Positions 27,066 to 38,860 of a stretch of DNA of 64,000 nucleotides are shown here, one piece after another. The stretch is from Eledone cirrhosa. Lineage: Eukaryota. The DNA lies in NCBI GenBank assembly GCA_964016885.1, contig OZ024740.1, positions 66,340,001 to 66,404,000 of the forward strand, written 5' to 3'. The notes below the pieces were generated by a model. It saw only the letters and a program-made list of their open reading frames with translations. It did not search any database and was not told the origin of the DNA. A program made the translations under genes and the position numbers. How positions within the stretch are numbered: position 1 is the stretch's first letter; every line of letters starts with the position of its first letter.

Positions 27066-29342
27066 CTATTGGGGTGATAACCCGTTTAGTTTTGGTTTAA
27101 ATTTGTTAAGGAATAGATTTTCTTTGTTTATTCTTTGTTGTTGTGTGAACGAATCTGAGCACTTGTAGAAGGAGAAGATTTTAAAGTTGGGTAGTGTCAT
27201 TCCTGCGCAGTTCGCAATATGGCTGCTCAAGGGGATTTTTCTTGTGTTAGCGTCCCGGATTTGTTGGCGGTGGATGGTCATTCTTTTGCGTAATGAGGTG
27301 CCCGTCTGTCCTATGTAGTTGTGTTTGCACCCACCGCAAGTTATTGCGTAAATCAAGTTCTCCGAGTTGCAGGTGAAATTGTTTTTTACTGTAAATGTTT
27401 GGCCATCTTTGAATGTAAATGTTTGTCCTTCAGTGAGGTAGAGGCACGTTCCACAGTTTGTTCTACCACATTTGGTAACTGTAGGGTTGAGGATTGGTTT
27501 GGGTATATTTGGTCCAGTGAGAATGCGTTTAAGTGATTTGGGTTGTCTTTTACTTTTAAGGATCTTGTGTGTTTCAAGAATAGACTTCATTTTTACATCT
27601 TTAAGTAGGATGGGGAGGTTTTTGTGTAGGTGATCAAACATTTCGGTATTTCTGGGGTTGAAAGTGGATACATATGGCAGGGTGTTGAGTGTGGTTTTCT
27701 GTTTTGGATTGTTAAGTTGATGGGGATTTAGGTGTTTTGCCCTGTCTATTCCATTGTTGATTATTTCAAGTGGAAAGGCTCTTAAGATAAGGGTGTCTTT
27801 TAGTTCCTTTAGTCTTTGCTCCCGTTTAGGTGGATCTGATACTATGGTACATATACGTTTGGCCAAATTGTAAGGAATGTTAAGTTTTGTATGTTTTGGG
27901 TGACTTGATGTGAAAAAGAGGTATTGCTTGGAATCTGTGGGTTTATAGAATATATCTGTATCTAATTTCCCGTCTATTACAGAGATGAGAATATCCAAGA
28001 AGGCTAATTCCTTAGGATTGGATTCCATTGTGAATTGTATGTTATTATCTATGTTGTTTATCATGTTTTTAAACGTAGTAAGTGAGTTCATGTCTTCTTG
28101 CCATAGGATAAAGCAGTCGTCTAGATATCTTTTCCAATTGGCTTTGAGGTGTGTGTGGAAAGAGTCTCCAAATAAGAGAAGGGACTGACTGTATATTTGT
28201 TGTTCATGGAATCCCATGACTAGGTTGGCATATGTGGGTGCTACTTTCGTGCCCATTGCCGTACCTGATACTTGTCTGTATGTTGAACCATTGAATGTGA
28301 AGTAGTTATTTTGTAGGATAAAGCGGAGTCCGTCAGTGATAAAATCTGTGTTGATGCGTGTCGGTATTTCTGATGGGTGTGTGTTAAGCCAGTATTGGAC
28401 TGCTGTTATTCCATAGTTGTGAGGTATGTTTGTGTAGAGGTTTATTACGTCAAAGGAGACAAGAATTGTATTTGCACTTACTGTTTTAGGGAGGTGTTTC
28501 AGCATGTCAAGGTCATCTCGTATGTAGCTCTGTATATGTTGTAGAAAGGGTTTCAGTAGGATGTCCAGAAAGTTGCTAAGTCTGTGGGTTTCACATGTAG
28601 GGCCTGCTATAATTGGCCTGAGTTTTAGGTCTTCTGGTGGTGTTAGTTCAATGTAATTGTTGGTTGAGGTGTCACATGCATCGTTTATGGGTTTACATTT
28701 GTGAAGTTTCGGTAACCCGTAAAAAGAGCTTGTATTGCATTTGAAGTGGCTTATATAGTTAAACTCTTTTGTGGTTAAGCTGTTGCGGTATTTATTCAGT
28801 AAGGTCAAAAGGTTCCCCATTGTTTTGGTGTGTTTGTAGTTTTCTGTTTTTTCATAGTATGTGTTGTTTTCTAAAATGTTAAGTGCGAGGGTCCTATAGT
28901 AGTCCGTATTCATAATCACAACAGTACTGCCTTTATCGGCTTCTTTGATAGTTATCTCAGGGTTGTTTCTAAGTGTGAATAATTCTTCCCATTCGTGTGT
29001 AGATAGGTTTGATTTCGTGTGTTTATTTGTAATTGTTTCATAGGGAAAGTTGGTGATGTGTTCGCAGTACGTGTCCAGTGCTTTATTTCTTCCCTTTTGT
29101 GGGCAGAAATTGCTTTTATTTCTAACCAGTGATTCGTCTTCAGTGTTGGTGTCGTTGTGGAAGAATTCCGTTAGTCGCAGCTTTCGGCAGTATTCCATGA
29201 TGTCATCCTTCATTTCGGGGAAGTTTGGTTTACGTGGTGTAGGTGTAAATTTCAGGCCCTTACTTAAAATGTTGATTTGTGTGTTGGTTAGAGGTGTCTT
29301 TGAGAGGTTGATTATTTTTGGTTTCTCCTGAGGGGGGGCCAT
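27066..29342 (-). CDS. PLE reverse transcriptase + GIY-YIG endonuclease (ORF2; probably translated as a -1 fusion entering at 29372)
   Basis: 758-aa uninterrupted ORF. RT motifs FDVINLYTNIP, GTAMGTKVAPTYANL, WKRYLDD, FLDI, YKPT and SSHP; Cys linker CGRTNCGTC; NLIYAITCGGCKHNYIGQT (GIY-YIG). Confidence 0.96.
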   Translation of the reverse strand: MAPPQEKPKIINLSKTPLTNTQINILSKGLKFTPTPRKPNFPEMKDDIMEYCRKLRLTEFFHNDTNTEDESLVRNKSNFCPQKGRNKALDTYCEHITNFPYETITNKHTKSNLSTHEWEELFTLRNNPEITIKEADKGSTVVIMNTDYYRTLALNILENNTYYEKTENYKHTKTMGNLLTLLNKYRNSLTTKEFNYISHFKCNTSSFYGLPKLHKCKPINDACDTSTNNYIELTPPEDLKLRPIIAGPTCETHRLSNFLDILLKPFLQHIQSYIRDDLDMLKHLPKTVSANTILVSFDVINLYTNIPHNYGITAVQYWLNTHPSEIPTRINTDFITDGLRFILQNNYFTFNGSTYRQVSGTAMGTKVAPTYANLVMGFHEQQIYSQSLLLFGDSFHTHLKANWKRYLDDCFILWQEDMNSLTTFKNMINNIDNNIQFTMESNPKELAFLDILISVIDGKLDTDIFYKPTDSKQYLFFTSSHPKHTKLNIPYNLAKRICTIVSDPPKREQRLKELKDTLILRAFPLEIINNGIDRAKHLNPHQLNNPKQKTTLNTLPYVSTFNPRNTEMFDHLHKNLPILLKDVKMKSILETHKILKSKRQPKSLKRILTGPNIPKPILNPTVTKCGRTNCGTCLYLTEGQTFTFKDGQTFTVKNNFTCNSENLIYAITCGGCKHNYIGQTGTSLRKRMTIHRQQIRDANTRKIPLSSHIANCAGMTLPNFKIFSFYKCSDSFTQQQRINKENLFLNKFKPKLNGLSPQ

Positions 29343-30577
29343 CGAGTATCCTGGTATTTCAGGCTTTTCCCTAAAAAAGGAATGTAGTTTTGTGTGTGAT
29401 TATATTTTGTTGGTCTGTTGCGTGTGGGTCTGTAGCTTGTTGTTTCATGAGGGTGAATGTGATGGTGGGGGTGGTATGTGTTGTGGTTGTTGATGAGCAA
29501 GGGTTCTGTTGTTGGTTCATGTGGTCTGGGTGCGTTATTTCTGTGGTACAGAGTGTTAAGGCTGGGGGGTTGTCTTTTGTTGGATTGAGGGTGATGTCTG
29601 GTGTGGTTGTGGGTAAGTTCTGTTGTGATTTCAAGTGGCCTGGGTGGATTTCTTCTGAGGAATGTGGTGTGTGTGTTGTGAGTTGGATCTATGTTATTTC
29701 GTCGTTGGTTTATGTAGGGGGCATTTCTACGGAAACCTGTGTTGTGGTGGTTGGGTGTGTTTCTTTTGGTGTAGTTGGCCGTATTTGGTTTGTGTTGGTG
29801 GGGGATGTGCCTGTGGTTAGTGTGTGTTGGGTTTGGTGGTGTAAATGTGTCTGTTGTAGTTCTTGTTATGTTCAAATGCTTTATAAAGGGGTTACCTGTT
29901 TGGTGCGTCCTTTTAAAGTCTTCTTCATATTTGAGGAACCAGTTTTCGGATTTTTCCCACCGTTTAAGGGAAATAGTTTCTGCATTCTCGCAGTCCTGTT
30001 TCCACGATTTGATTAAATTTTGTAGGGTTGTTCCCTCGGCCTTTTTAGTGCATTCTTCCTCCATATTTTTATCAGTATCCTTATACTCTTGCTCGTTTGA
30101 GGTGGCCCTTAATTTTAGGAGTTCTATTTCCATGTTTATCCTGTTGAGTGACATTTGTTCACGGAGTTTTCTTTCTGGTTCAGGTTCGTTTGTAATATGC
30201 TTTATTTGGAATTTACGTGGTAAAACTATCGGTGTTGAGTTAATCCATTTTTGGTAAATTCCAGCTTTGTTGAGGTTTTTTATCATATTCCAGAAAGTGA
30301 ATTTTCTGGTTTTTAGATGTTTTTTCCAGAGGTGTCCCATTTGGTTTTTGATATGGAGCAATGTCGTTTGTTCTGTGTTGGTATTCATAAGTTTTTCGAT
30401 GGATTTGCATACGTTTTGAACGTTTAAATAAATTTGGTCGTCAGTCGGTGTGGTGGTTTGGGGTATATCCTGTTTTTTTGTCAGAATGGTGAGTTTTCCA
30501 TTTATCTCTTTTAGGATTTTCAGGATTTCCTCATTGATATTGGAGTTTGAAGTGGTGTTGTCTTGTTCCAGTGCCAT
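29312..30577 (-). CDS. PLE ORF1: helical/coiled-coil-like N-terminus with His/Thr/Asn/Pro-rich tail
   Basis: 421-aa uninterrupted ORF starting just inside the 5' pseudo-LTR and overlapping ORF2, which lies in the -1 frame. Confidence 0.8.
   Translation of the reverse strand: MALEQDNTTSNSNINEEILKILKEINGKLTILTKKQDIPQTTTPTDDQIYLNVQNVCKSIEKLMNTNTEQTTLLHIKNQMGHLWKKHLKTRKFTFWNMIKNLNKAGIYQKWINSTPIVLPRKFQIKHITNEPEPERKLREQMSLNRINMEIELLKLRATSNEQEYKDTDKNMEEECTKKAEGTTLQNLIKSWKQDCENAETISLKRWEKSENWFLKYEEDFKRTHQTGNPFIKHLNITRTTTDTFTPPNPTHTNHRHIPHQHKPNTANYTKRNTPNHHNTGFRRNAPYINQRRNNIDPTHNTHTTFLRRNPPRPLEITTELTHNHTRHHPQSNKRQPPSLNTLYHRNNAPRPHEPTTEPLLINNHNTYHPHHHIHPHETTSYRPTRNRPTKYNHTQNYIPFLGKSLKYQDTRWPPLRRNQK
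29372..29378 (-). promoter_or_regulatory. Candidate -1 ribosomal frameshift slippery site U_UUU_UUA
   Basis: Minus strand CCT TTT TTA GGG AAA, correctly phased in ORF1. The -1 frame is open into ORF2. Confidence 0.7.
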
Positions 30578-30745
30578 TTTCCGGATTTGCGTAGGTTAGT
30601 ATATATGAAAAGTGTAATTTTCTACACAAAACGAAGGTTATAGAGAAAATTGAGGTTGGTAATGGCACATGGAATATATAAGAGACAGAATACTTTTTTG
30701 TGAAAAAACATAATTTTATAAGGTAAGGAAATAATAAAGGGTATA

Positions 30746-30795
30746 AAAAATGACCGGTTTCGATGGGTCTGCAAAAGCCATCTTTTCAAATGTTC
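30746..30795 (-). ncRNA. Hammerhead ribozyme in 5' pseudo-LTR (U3-A8 variant)
   Basis: Identical to 25875-25924. Confidence 0.7.
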
Positions 30796-30998
30796 ATTAA
30801 TATTAAGAAAAATTAATAATACGAAGAGTTAAAATTTGAGACTTGAAAATTCAAGTATAAAATTCATTGTGGGATTTCATAGCAGTTTTCATCTAGGTGG
30901 CAACAACAGGTTGACTGCTGTGTCCCTTTCTGGTAGTGAATGAGAAGTTATTTGGGGTGTGGGTTATTTTATAAAGGTCAGATTTAGCAATAGCCTCT

Positions 30999-32852
30999 AC
31001 GTAATAAACCTCTACACAAACATACCTCACAACTATGGAATAACAGCAGTCCAATACTGGCTTAACACACACCCATCAGAAATACCGACACGCATCAACA
31101 CAGATTTTATCACTGACGGACTCCGCTTTATCCTACAAAATAACTACTTCACATTCAATGGTTCAACATACAGACAAGTATCAGGTACGGCAATGGGCAC
31201 GAAAGTAGCACCCACATATGCCAACCTAGTCATGGGATTCCATGAACAACAAATATACAGTCAGTCCCTTCTCTTATTTGGAGACTCTTTCCACACACAC
31301 CTCAAAGCCAATTGGAAAAGATATCTAGACGACTGCTTTATCCTATGGCAAGAAGACATGAACTCACTTACTACGTTTAAAAACATGATAAACAACATAG
31401 ATAATAACATACAATTCACAATGGAATCCAATCCTAAGGAATTAGCCTTCTTGGATATTCTCATCTCTGTAATAGACGGGAAATTAGACACAGATATATT
31501 CTATAAACCCACAGATTCCAAGCAATACCTCTTTTTCACATCAAGTCACCCAAAACATACAAAACTTAACATTCCTTACAATTTGGCCAAACGTATATGT
31601 ACCATAGTATCAGATCCACCTAAACGGGAGCAAAGACTAAAGGAACTAAAAGACACCCTTATCTTAAGAGCCTTTCCACTTGAAATAATCAACAATGGAA
31701 TAGACAGGGCAAAACACCTAAATCCCCATCAACTTAACAATCCAAAACAGAAAACCACACTCAACACCCTGCCATATGTATCCACTTTCAACCCCAGAAA
31801 TACCGAAATGTTTGATCACCTACACAAAAACCTCCCCATCCTACTTAAAGATGTAAAAATGAAGTCTATTCTTGAAACACACAAGATCCTTAAAAGTAAA
31901 AGACAACCCAAATCACTTAAACGCATTCTCACTGGACCAAATATACCCAAACCAATCCTCAACCCTACAGTTACCAAATGTGGTAGAACAAACTGTGGAA
32001 CGTGCCTCTACCTCACTGAAGGACAAACATTTACATTCAAAGATGGCCAAACATTTACAGTAAAAAACAATTTCACCTGCAACTCGGAGAACTTGATTTA
32101 CGCAATAACTTGCGGTGGGTGCAAACACAACTACATAGGACAGACGGGCACCTCATTACGCAAAAGAATGACCATCCACCGCCAACAAATCCGGGACGCT
32201 AACACAAGAAAAATCCCCTTGAGCAGCCATATTGCGAACTGCGCAGGAATGACACTACCCAACTTTAAAATCTTCCCCTTCTACAAGTGCTCAGATTCGT
32301 TCACACAACAACAAAGAATAAACAAAGAAAATCTATTCCTTAACAAATTTAAACCAAAACTAAACGGGTTATCACCCCAATAGAATTGTCATAAAATATA
32401 AACACACATACGCACGGAATCACTACTATTAAAGACCAGAGACCAATTCTGTAGAATCAGGTTTATTCATTGACAGACCATGCCTTTGTGTGACCAACAC
32501 ATCCATGTTAAACCCTGCACGTGCACACACGTATATCTATATATATATGCGCACACAGAATTATTTTAATTTCACTGCCCCAACTTCTTATATTATGGAA
32601 AAAATATATGTGTCTGTATGTATATATATATATATATATATATTTGAAGGCCATTTCTCTGTGTGTGGGTGTGTGTATGTGTGTGTGTGTGTGTGTGAGT
32701 ATGTGTGTGCATGTGGATGTATGTATTGTGTGTGCGTGTGTGTGTGTGTGTGTGTATGTATGTGGGTATCTGGATGTATGCGTATGTGTATATATATATA
32801 TATATATGCATGTGTGTGTGTGTGTGTGTGTATATATGTGTGTGTATGTGTG

Positions 32853-32883
<31 letters not shown>

Positions 32884-32935
32884 ATGTTTGTATGTGTGTA
32901 TGTATATATATATGTGTGTGTGTATGTATGTGTGG

Positions 32936-32983
<48 letters not shown>

Positions 32984-32988
32984 GTGTG

Positions 32989-33023
<35 letters not shown>

Positions 33024-33062
33024 ATGTATGTGTGTATCTGGATGTATGTGTATGTATATATA

Positions 33063-33123
<61 letters not shown>

Positions 33124-33190
33124 ATGTGTATATATATGTGTGTGTGTGTGTATGTGTGTATGTATATGTATGTGTGTGTATGTATGTGTG

Positions 33191-33239
<49 letters not shown>

Positions 33240-33695
33240 GTATGTGTATGTATGTGTGGATGAAGGTATGTGTGTGTATATTGCTTCCACCCCCTCACTG
33301 ACCAGCAGCTGGCTATTGCTAAATCTGACCTTTATAAAATAACCCACACCCCAAATAACTTCTCATTCACTACCAGAAAGGGACACAGCAGTCAACCTGT
33401 TGTTGCTACCTAGATGAAAACTGCTATGAAATCCCACAATGAATTTTATACTTGAATTTTCAAGTCTCAAATTTTAACTCTTCGTATTATTAATTTTTCT
33501 TAATATTAATGAACATTTGAAAAGATGGCTTTTGCAGACCCATCGAAACCGGTCATTTTTTATACCCTTTATTATTTCCTTACCTTATAAAATTATGTTT
33601 TTTCACAAAAAAGTATTCTGTCTCTTATATATTCCATGTGCCATTACCAACCTCAATTTTCTCTATAACCTTCGTTTTGTGTAGAAAATTACACT

Positions 33696-33706
<11 letters not shown>
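30999..33706 (+). mobile_element. Inverted 5'-truncated copy of the same Penelope-like element
   Basis: Starts mid-RT (mirror of 28450), stop codon at 32383, then 3' UTR and pseudo-LTR ending in (TA)n. Near-identical to the minus copy, with one S/P change (KIFSF vs KIFPF). Confidence 0.95.
33511..33560 (+). ncRNA. Hammerhead ribozyme in pseudo-LTR of the inverted copy
   Basis: GAACAT-TTGAAAA-GATGG...CCATC-GAAACCGGTC-ATTTTT. Predicted cleavage after 33554. Confidence 0.7.
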
Positions 33707-33785
<79 letters not shown>

Positions 33786-33999
33786 CTTTCTGTGCGCGCG
33801 CGTGTGTGCGTGTGTATGGCTATGTGTATATGTGCTTATGTGTGTGTGTGTGTGTGATTCGATACGTCCGTTCGAATGGGTGTAATGTTGTGTAACGTGT
33901 AACATGAAGCGTGTTACCGAGTGACTGATAATATCAGTGGATCAATGAGTGAAAATAACAGAAAGAAGAACAAAGGACAGAACGTGCGATAATAAAAAA

Positions 34000-36480
34000 A
34001 AACACCATACTACTTTCTGATTCACATTTCTGTAAATCTTTGAGCTCTAATTTAACATCTGCACAATTGGTCTTTGTGCTTGAAAACTTCACTCAAATTG
34101 AATATATGCTGATCTATAGGGTCATATAATTTATTGGCTGCATATATCAGATTCATCGGAAGCAGGCCCCAAATATTTAGCCAGTATTAACTCCATTTTG
34201 TAATGGTTGATATATTTTTCTTTTGCTTGAGAATTAGATCCAAGAAGACAAGTGGAAAGGGTAATAATATGAAACTAGTGATGGGTTAGATATATTGATT
34301 TGGAGCAAAATTAACTAAGACCATCCTCTCGAAATTACGTCCGAAATTTACTGAAGGGACAGTGGAAAAAATAATTTGAAAGGTTAGCAAGTATTATAAC
34401 TACTTATTGGTAGTAAGTTACATATCGCAATAAATCATGAGAAATCTAGAACTTTAGAATCTAAGCTTATTCTTGCCATACATGATTCATCAACAGACTC
34501 CTTTTCTTTTCACATTCCAACTAGCTAGATATATACCAATGCACCGTTACATATTCATATCCCGATTACTTTCCTAGACGAGACATAGAAGCTTAAAATA
34601 ATAGGTCTCATTAGGCAGTTTGATGGATGAGGTAGGTATATCGATGATATATTTGTTCCTAATTACAGGCATTTGAAGACATACTGCACAAGTTCTATCC
34701 TATGAGGTTAGAAGTGATTAGGAATGGATATGACTCTCGAAATAGGTGGTGAGACTACAATAAGTCTAATGACTTTAGCTGTAAGGTGGCTGGGATGCCT
34801 TTTGTTTAGTTGTGTGCATATTTAGAATATAACGTGTTTTCTAGCCAAGCTATACACTATGGTATGACAAGTAGCCAGATAAATGGTTTTACCGAGATAG
34901 TGAAAAAACTATTAAAACATATGGCAGAAAAAGGATACAAGCGAAAATTTCTGATATGACGTTTTCGTAGGTACCTTGGCGCTAAAAGGGAGATTCTTGG
35001 AAATCTGGGGATTATTTTTAATTTGCAGATCAAAATTAACTTATTTACATTAAGGTAATAAAACCTTTGAAAGCGTATGGCTTTCGAATACAATTCAATT
35101 TAATCTTAATTTTGCTTTATTTTATATGGGATCTAAGTTAAGTTAGTATTTTTGCCGTGAATTAATAATTTATTTATTAAAATAAAATAAAAGCTCTGTA
35201 ACTTTACATTGAAACTAGAGAAATTTAATCTATTTACACTGAAGTAGTAATTAAAGGGATATCTCTACTTCCCTCTATGATCTACTTAGGAGAAAATGTA
35301 GCTTTCTTTAGAGTTAATATAATTCAAAGGCTTTTTTTCGTCTATTAATTTGACCAAGGAGGGCATTTGCTACTGGTGCATTATTCTTTACTTTCTCACT
35401 TTCTCTGCGTTGGCCTTGTAAAATGATCCAAGTTTAGTTAAGATAAAAAATCATCTCATAGTGAAGAAAATAAATTTAGTTCCGAGGAAGTTTCGATTCC
35501 ATTAATTTATTTTGTTGTAAATTTCTGATTACGTGGTTGAAAATCTGTATAAATGTAGGTTTGTGTACATATTATTTAATCGTAATTATGTTTTGCATTC
35601 GGGTGTATATTTTATATTCATGTTATGTAAATAATGGTTTCTGATTTAGACACAAGGCCAACACATTTGTGGGAGGGGAAAATCAGTTAAATCGACAGCA
35701 GTGCATTATTGGTACTTTATTTTATCAACCTCGTAAGAATGAAACCAAAGCTAACCATGGTGGGATTTGAACGCATACATTAAAGGACCTTATGCTGCAA
35801 AACTCGTTTTCCGACGCTCTATCGATATTGCCAATCCACCGCCCTGATGTTATGTAAATAATAAGACTGAGGTTTATACCTTTTGCAGCGCCCTTTGTTA
35901 TCGTATTTTCTGATATATTCATAATTTTCATCATGGTTTCATTCCACTTTTTTCTTTAATAGATTGTGTATTTACTTGATTATTTTTATTTTGGTTTTCA
36001 GTTTGTGATGAATTACTTTCATTAATTGTTTTAATAGATCCGGAATTTTCTTGATTATTAATTGTTTTTTTTGTGTTATGTTGTGAGGGTTGAACATCAC
36101 TATACACGGTATTGCATTGAATTGGTCGATGTTTTGAGGATCTAGGGTCGAAGGTATACGGTAGAGTATACGGGAGGATGTGTAGGAATAGTCTGTTACA
36201 TAATGGGGTGGTAATCGGTGCAGATGATAATACACTTGGCTTCATTATAACAGGAACTACATAATATGACAGCTGCAGTTTGATAACACCTTCTTGCACC
36301 ATTAGGTTGCTGCTAAGTTCTGGTTGTGTGTACTGAGTTGGTTGTATGTATGGTCTGCGTATGATTTGGCGAATTTGGAGGGCGAGTACGGTTTTTTTTC
36401 GCTGGAATCATGAGTGCAGAGTGACGTTCGACTTAAGGAATTTGATGAAGGTGTGTAGACTGATTGTAGCAATAACGTTC
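34000..36480 (-). pseudogene. Highly decayed LINE remnant (zinc-knuckle-like and AP-endonuclease-like traces), interrupted by a SINE
   Basis: Minus-strand traces RCY...C.NEAKCII...HP (~36200-36295), and SIYLP plus a DMN (GDxN-like) motif (~34555-34650). Many disruptions. Confidence 0.35.
35635..35845 (-). mobile_element. tRNA-derived SINE
   Basis: Family core, and GCCAATCCACCGCCC (reverse complement of the 5' end). Confidence 0.8.
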
Positions 36481-36520
36481 TTATTTACCCATATACACAT
36501 ATATAGACACACGCACACAC

Positions 36521-36566
<46 letters not shown>

Positions 36567-36580
36567 ACACTCACACACAA

Positions 36581-37028
<448 letters not shown>

Positions 37029-37171
37029 ATTAACTCCGTACTCGCACCACCAACTACACAGACGAACACGGTTGAGCTGCTTTACGTTGTGTACTCTCCA
37101 TATTATTACATCAAGATTGACCACACGGAATGACCAACACTATCCAGTGGTGAACCTTCACACCTAAATAA

Positions 37172-37287
<116 letters not shown>

Positions 37288-38238
37288 GTGTGTGTGTGTG
37301 TCAGTGTGTGTGTGTGTGTGTGTGTGTGCTTTGTTTCTTTTGTGTGTGCGTATGATAGCAGAACTAATCCGATACATACCAAAAATATTTTTTTTAAATA
37401 TCTAAACTATGGTAGGAGAAAGAGAAAACACGAATTATTTTATTATGCCAATTATTTTCGGCGCTTTTTACTTCTCGGCCATAAATCTTTTCATCAGAAG
37501 AAGATAAAATAAATTCTGATGACATATTTGTTTTTAATTATAGAAAAACATATACACATATTCAAAATGCTGCAATACTACAATTGTCTTAGATATGCTG
37601 AAACAATATATTTAACAAAAGTATATGTAATTATATGAAAGTTATATGCACGCTATACATACACTTCATATACAAAAGTAGAAACATATTGTTTACGCTG
37701 TGAATAAAATATAAACAATACTGATTTGACGTATCGCCTGTAACGATGAACAAAAGCAAAAGTTCTACTTTTCAGGGTAAGTTTTAAAATGTTCAACGAT
37801 AAAAAAATTAACTGTTAAATTGTGTATGACCTAATCATCTCTATTAGATTTTCCTTTAAACAATCATATTTATAGACGCCTTGCGAGGGCCACGGGGTAT
37901 CGGAAAGGACAATTACTTCTAAATACGCGTTACTCTCTACCAAAAAAAAGATGAATATGGCTGATATCTGTTTTTTTATCTTCAATTGTGCTAAGAATTG
38001 ATACATCCTGTGTATTTACGAGTGATGATGTGACATATCATCTCCCCAAGCACTTAGCAATATTTACTTTGCGTACGAGTGACTCAAATTCACTTGAATT
38101 TTGCATGCCAAAATATATTTTGACTGATTGAATTTTTATATTGATAATATTTTTAGTTATGTTGTTTTTAAGTTGTCGGTGCATGTCTTGATTCAACAAT
38201 GACTCTTTTCGTTTCCATATATTTTCATATTTATCATA

Positions 38239-38490
38239 TCTATATATCTAAAACAAAGAATGTCTGTATGTCTGTCTGACTCCCTAAACCTCGTGAAGCA
38301 CCCAACCGATTGTTTTCAATAATATAATACTTATGGTCGTGTGAGTGTTTTGAACAAAAACATTCAAATTTTAGTGATCTTTATCTATAATTTTTAGTCT
38401 TTCTCTTTAGATAGATACATAGGGACGACGTCGCGTACTTATAATATATGTCTGTGTGTATGGCTGTCGGCATTACGACATTATGACGCT
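38239..38490 (+). mobile_element. Helitron-like 5' fragment
   Basis: A|TCTATATATCTAAAA start; homologous to 8385-8730. Confidence 0.55.
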
Positions 38491-38491
38491 A

Positions 38492-38553
<62 letters not shown>

Positions 38554-38726
38554 TATATGTATATATAGTGTGTGTCTGTGTGTATATATGGATATATAGT
38601 GTGTATATATATAGTGTTTAACGTTTTTCGAAATATTTACTCCTGCGTTCACTGATTGATCTTTTTTAGTTTCAAAAGATCCCGTTAATGGTGAAAGCAC
38701 CGATTCTTTGCTTAAACTTTAATCTG

Positions 38727-38860
<134 letters not shown>

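Larger units (their letters stand above)
25771..30995 (-). mobile_element. Full-length Neptune-type Penelope-like retroelement with pseudo-LTRs
   Basis: 354-bp direct repeats at 25771-26124 and 30642-30995 (period 4871) flank ORF1 and ORF2. The 3' end abuts an (AT)n tract. Confidence 0.93.

Noticed and set aside
30959-32383. 474-aa ORF as an independent gene
   Set aside because: It is a chimera: a GTG start in antisense pseudo-LTR sequence happens to be in frame with the truncated RT of the inverted copy.
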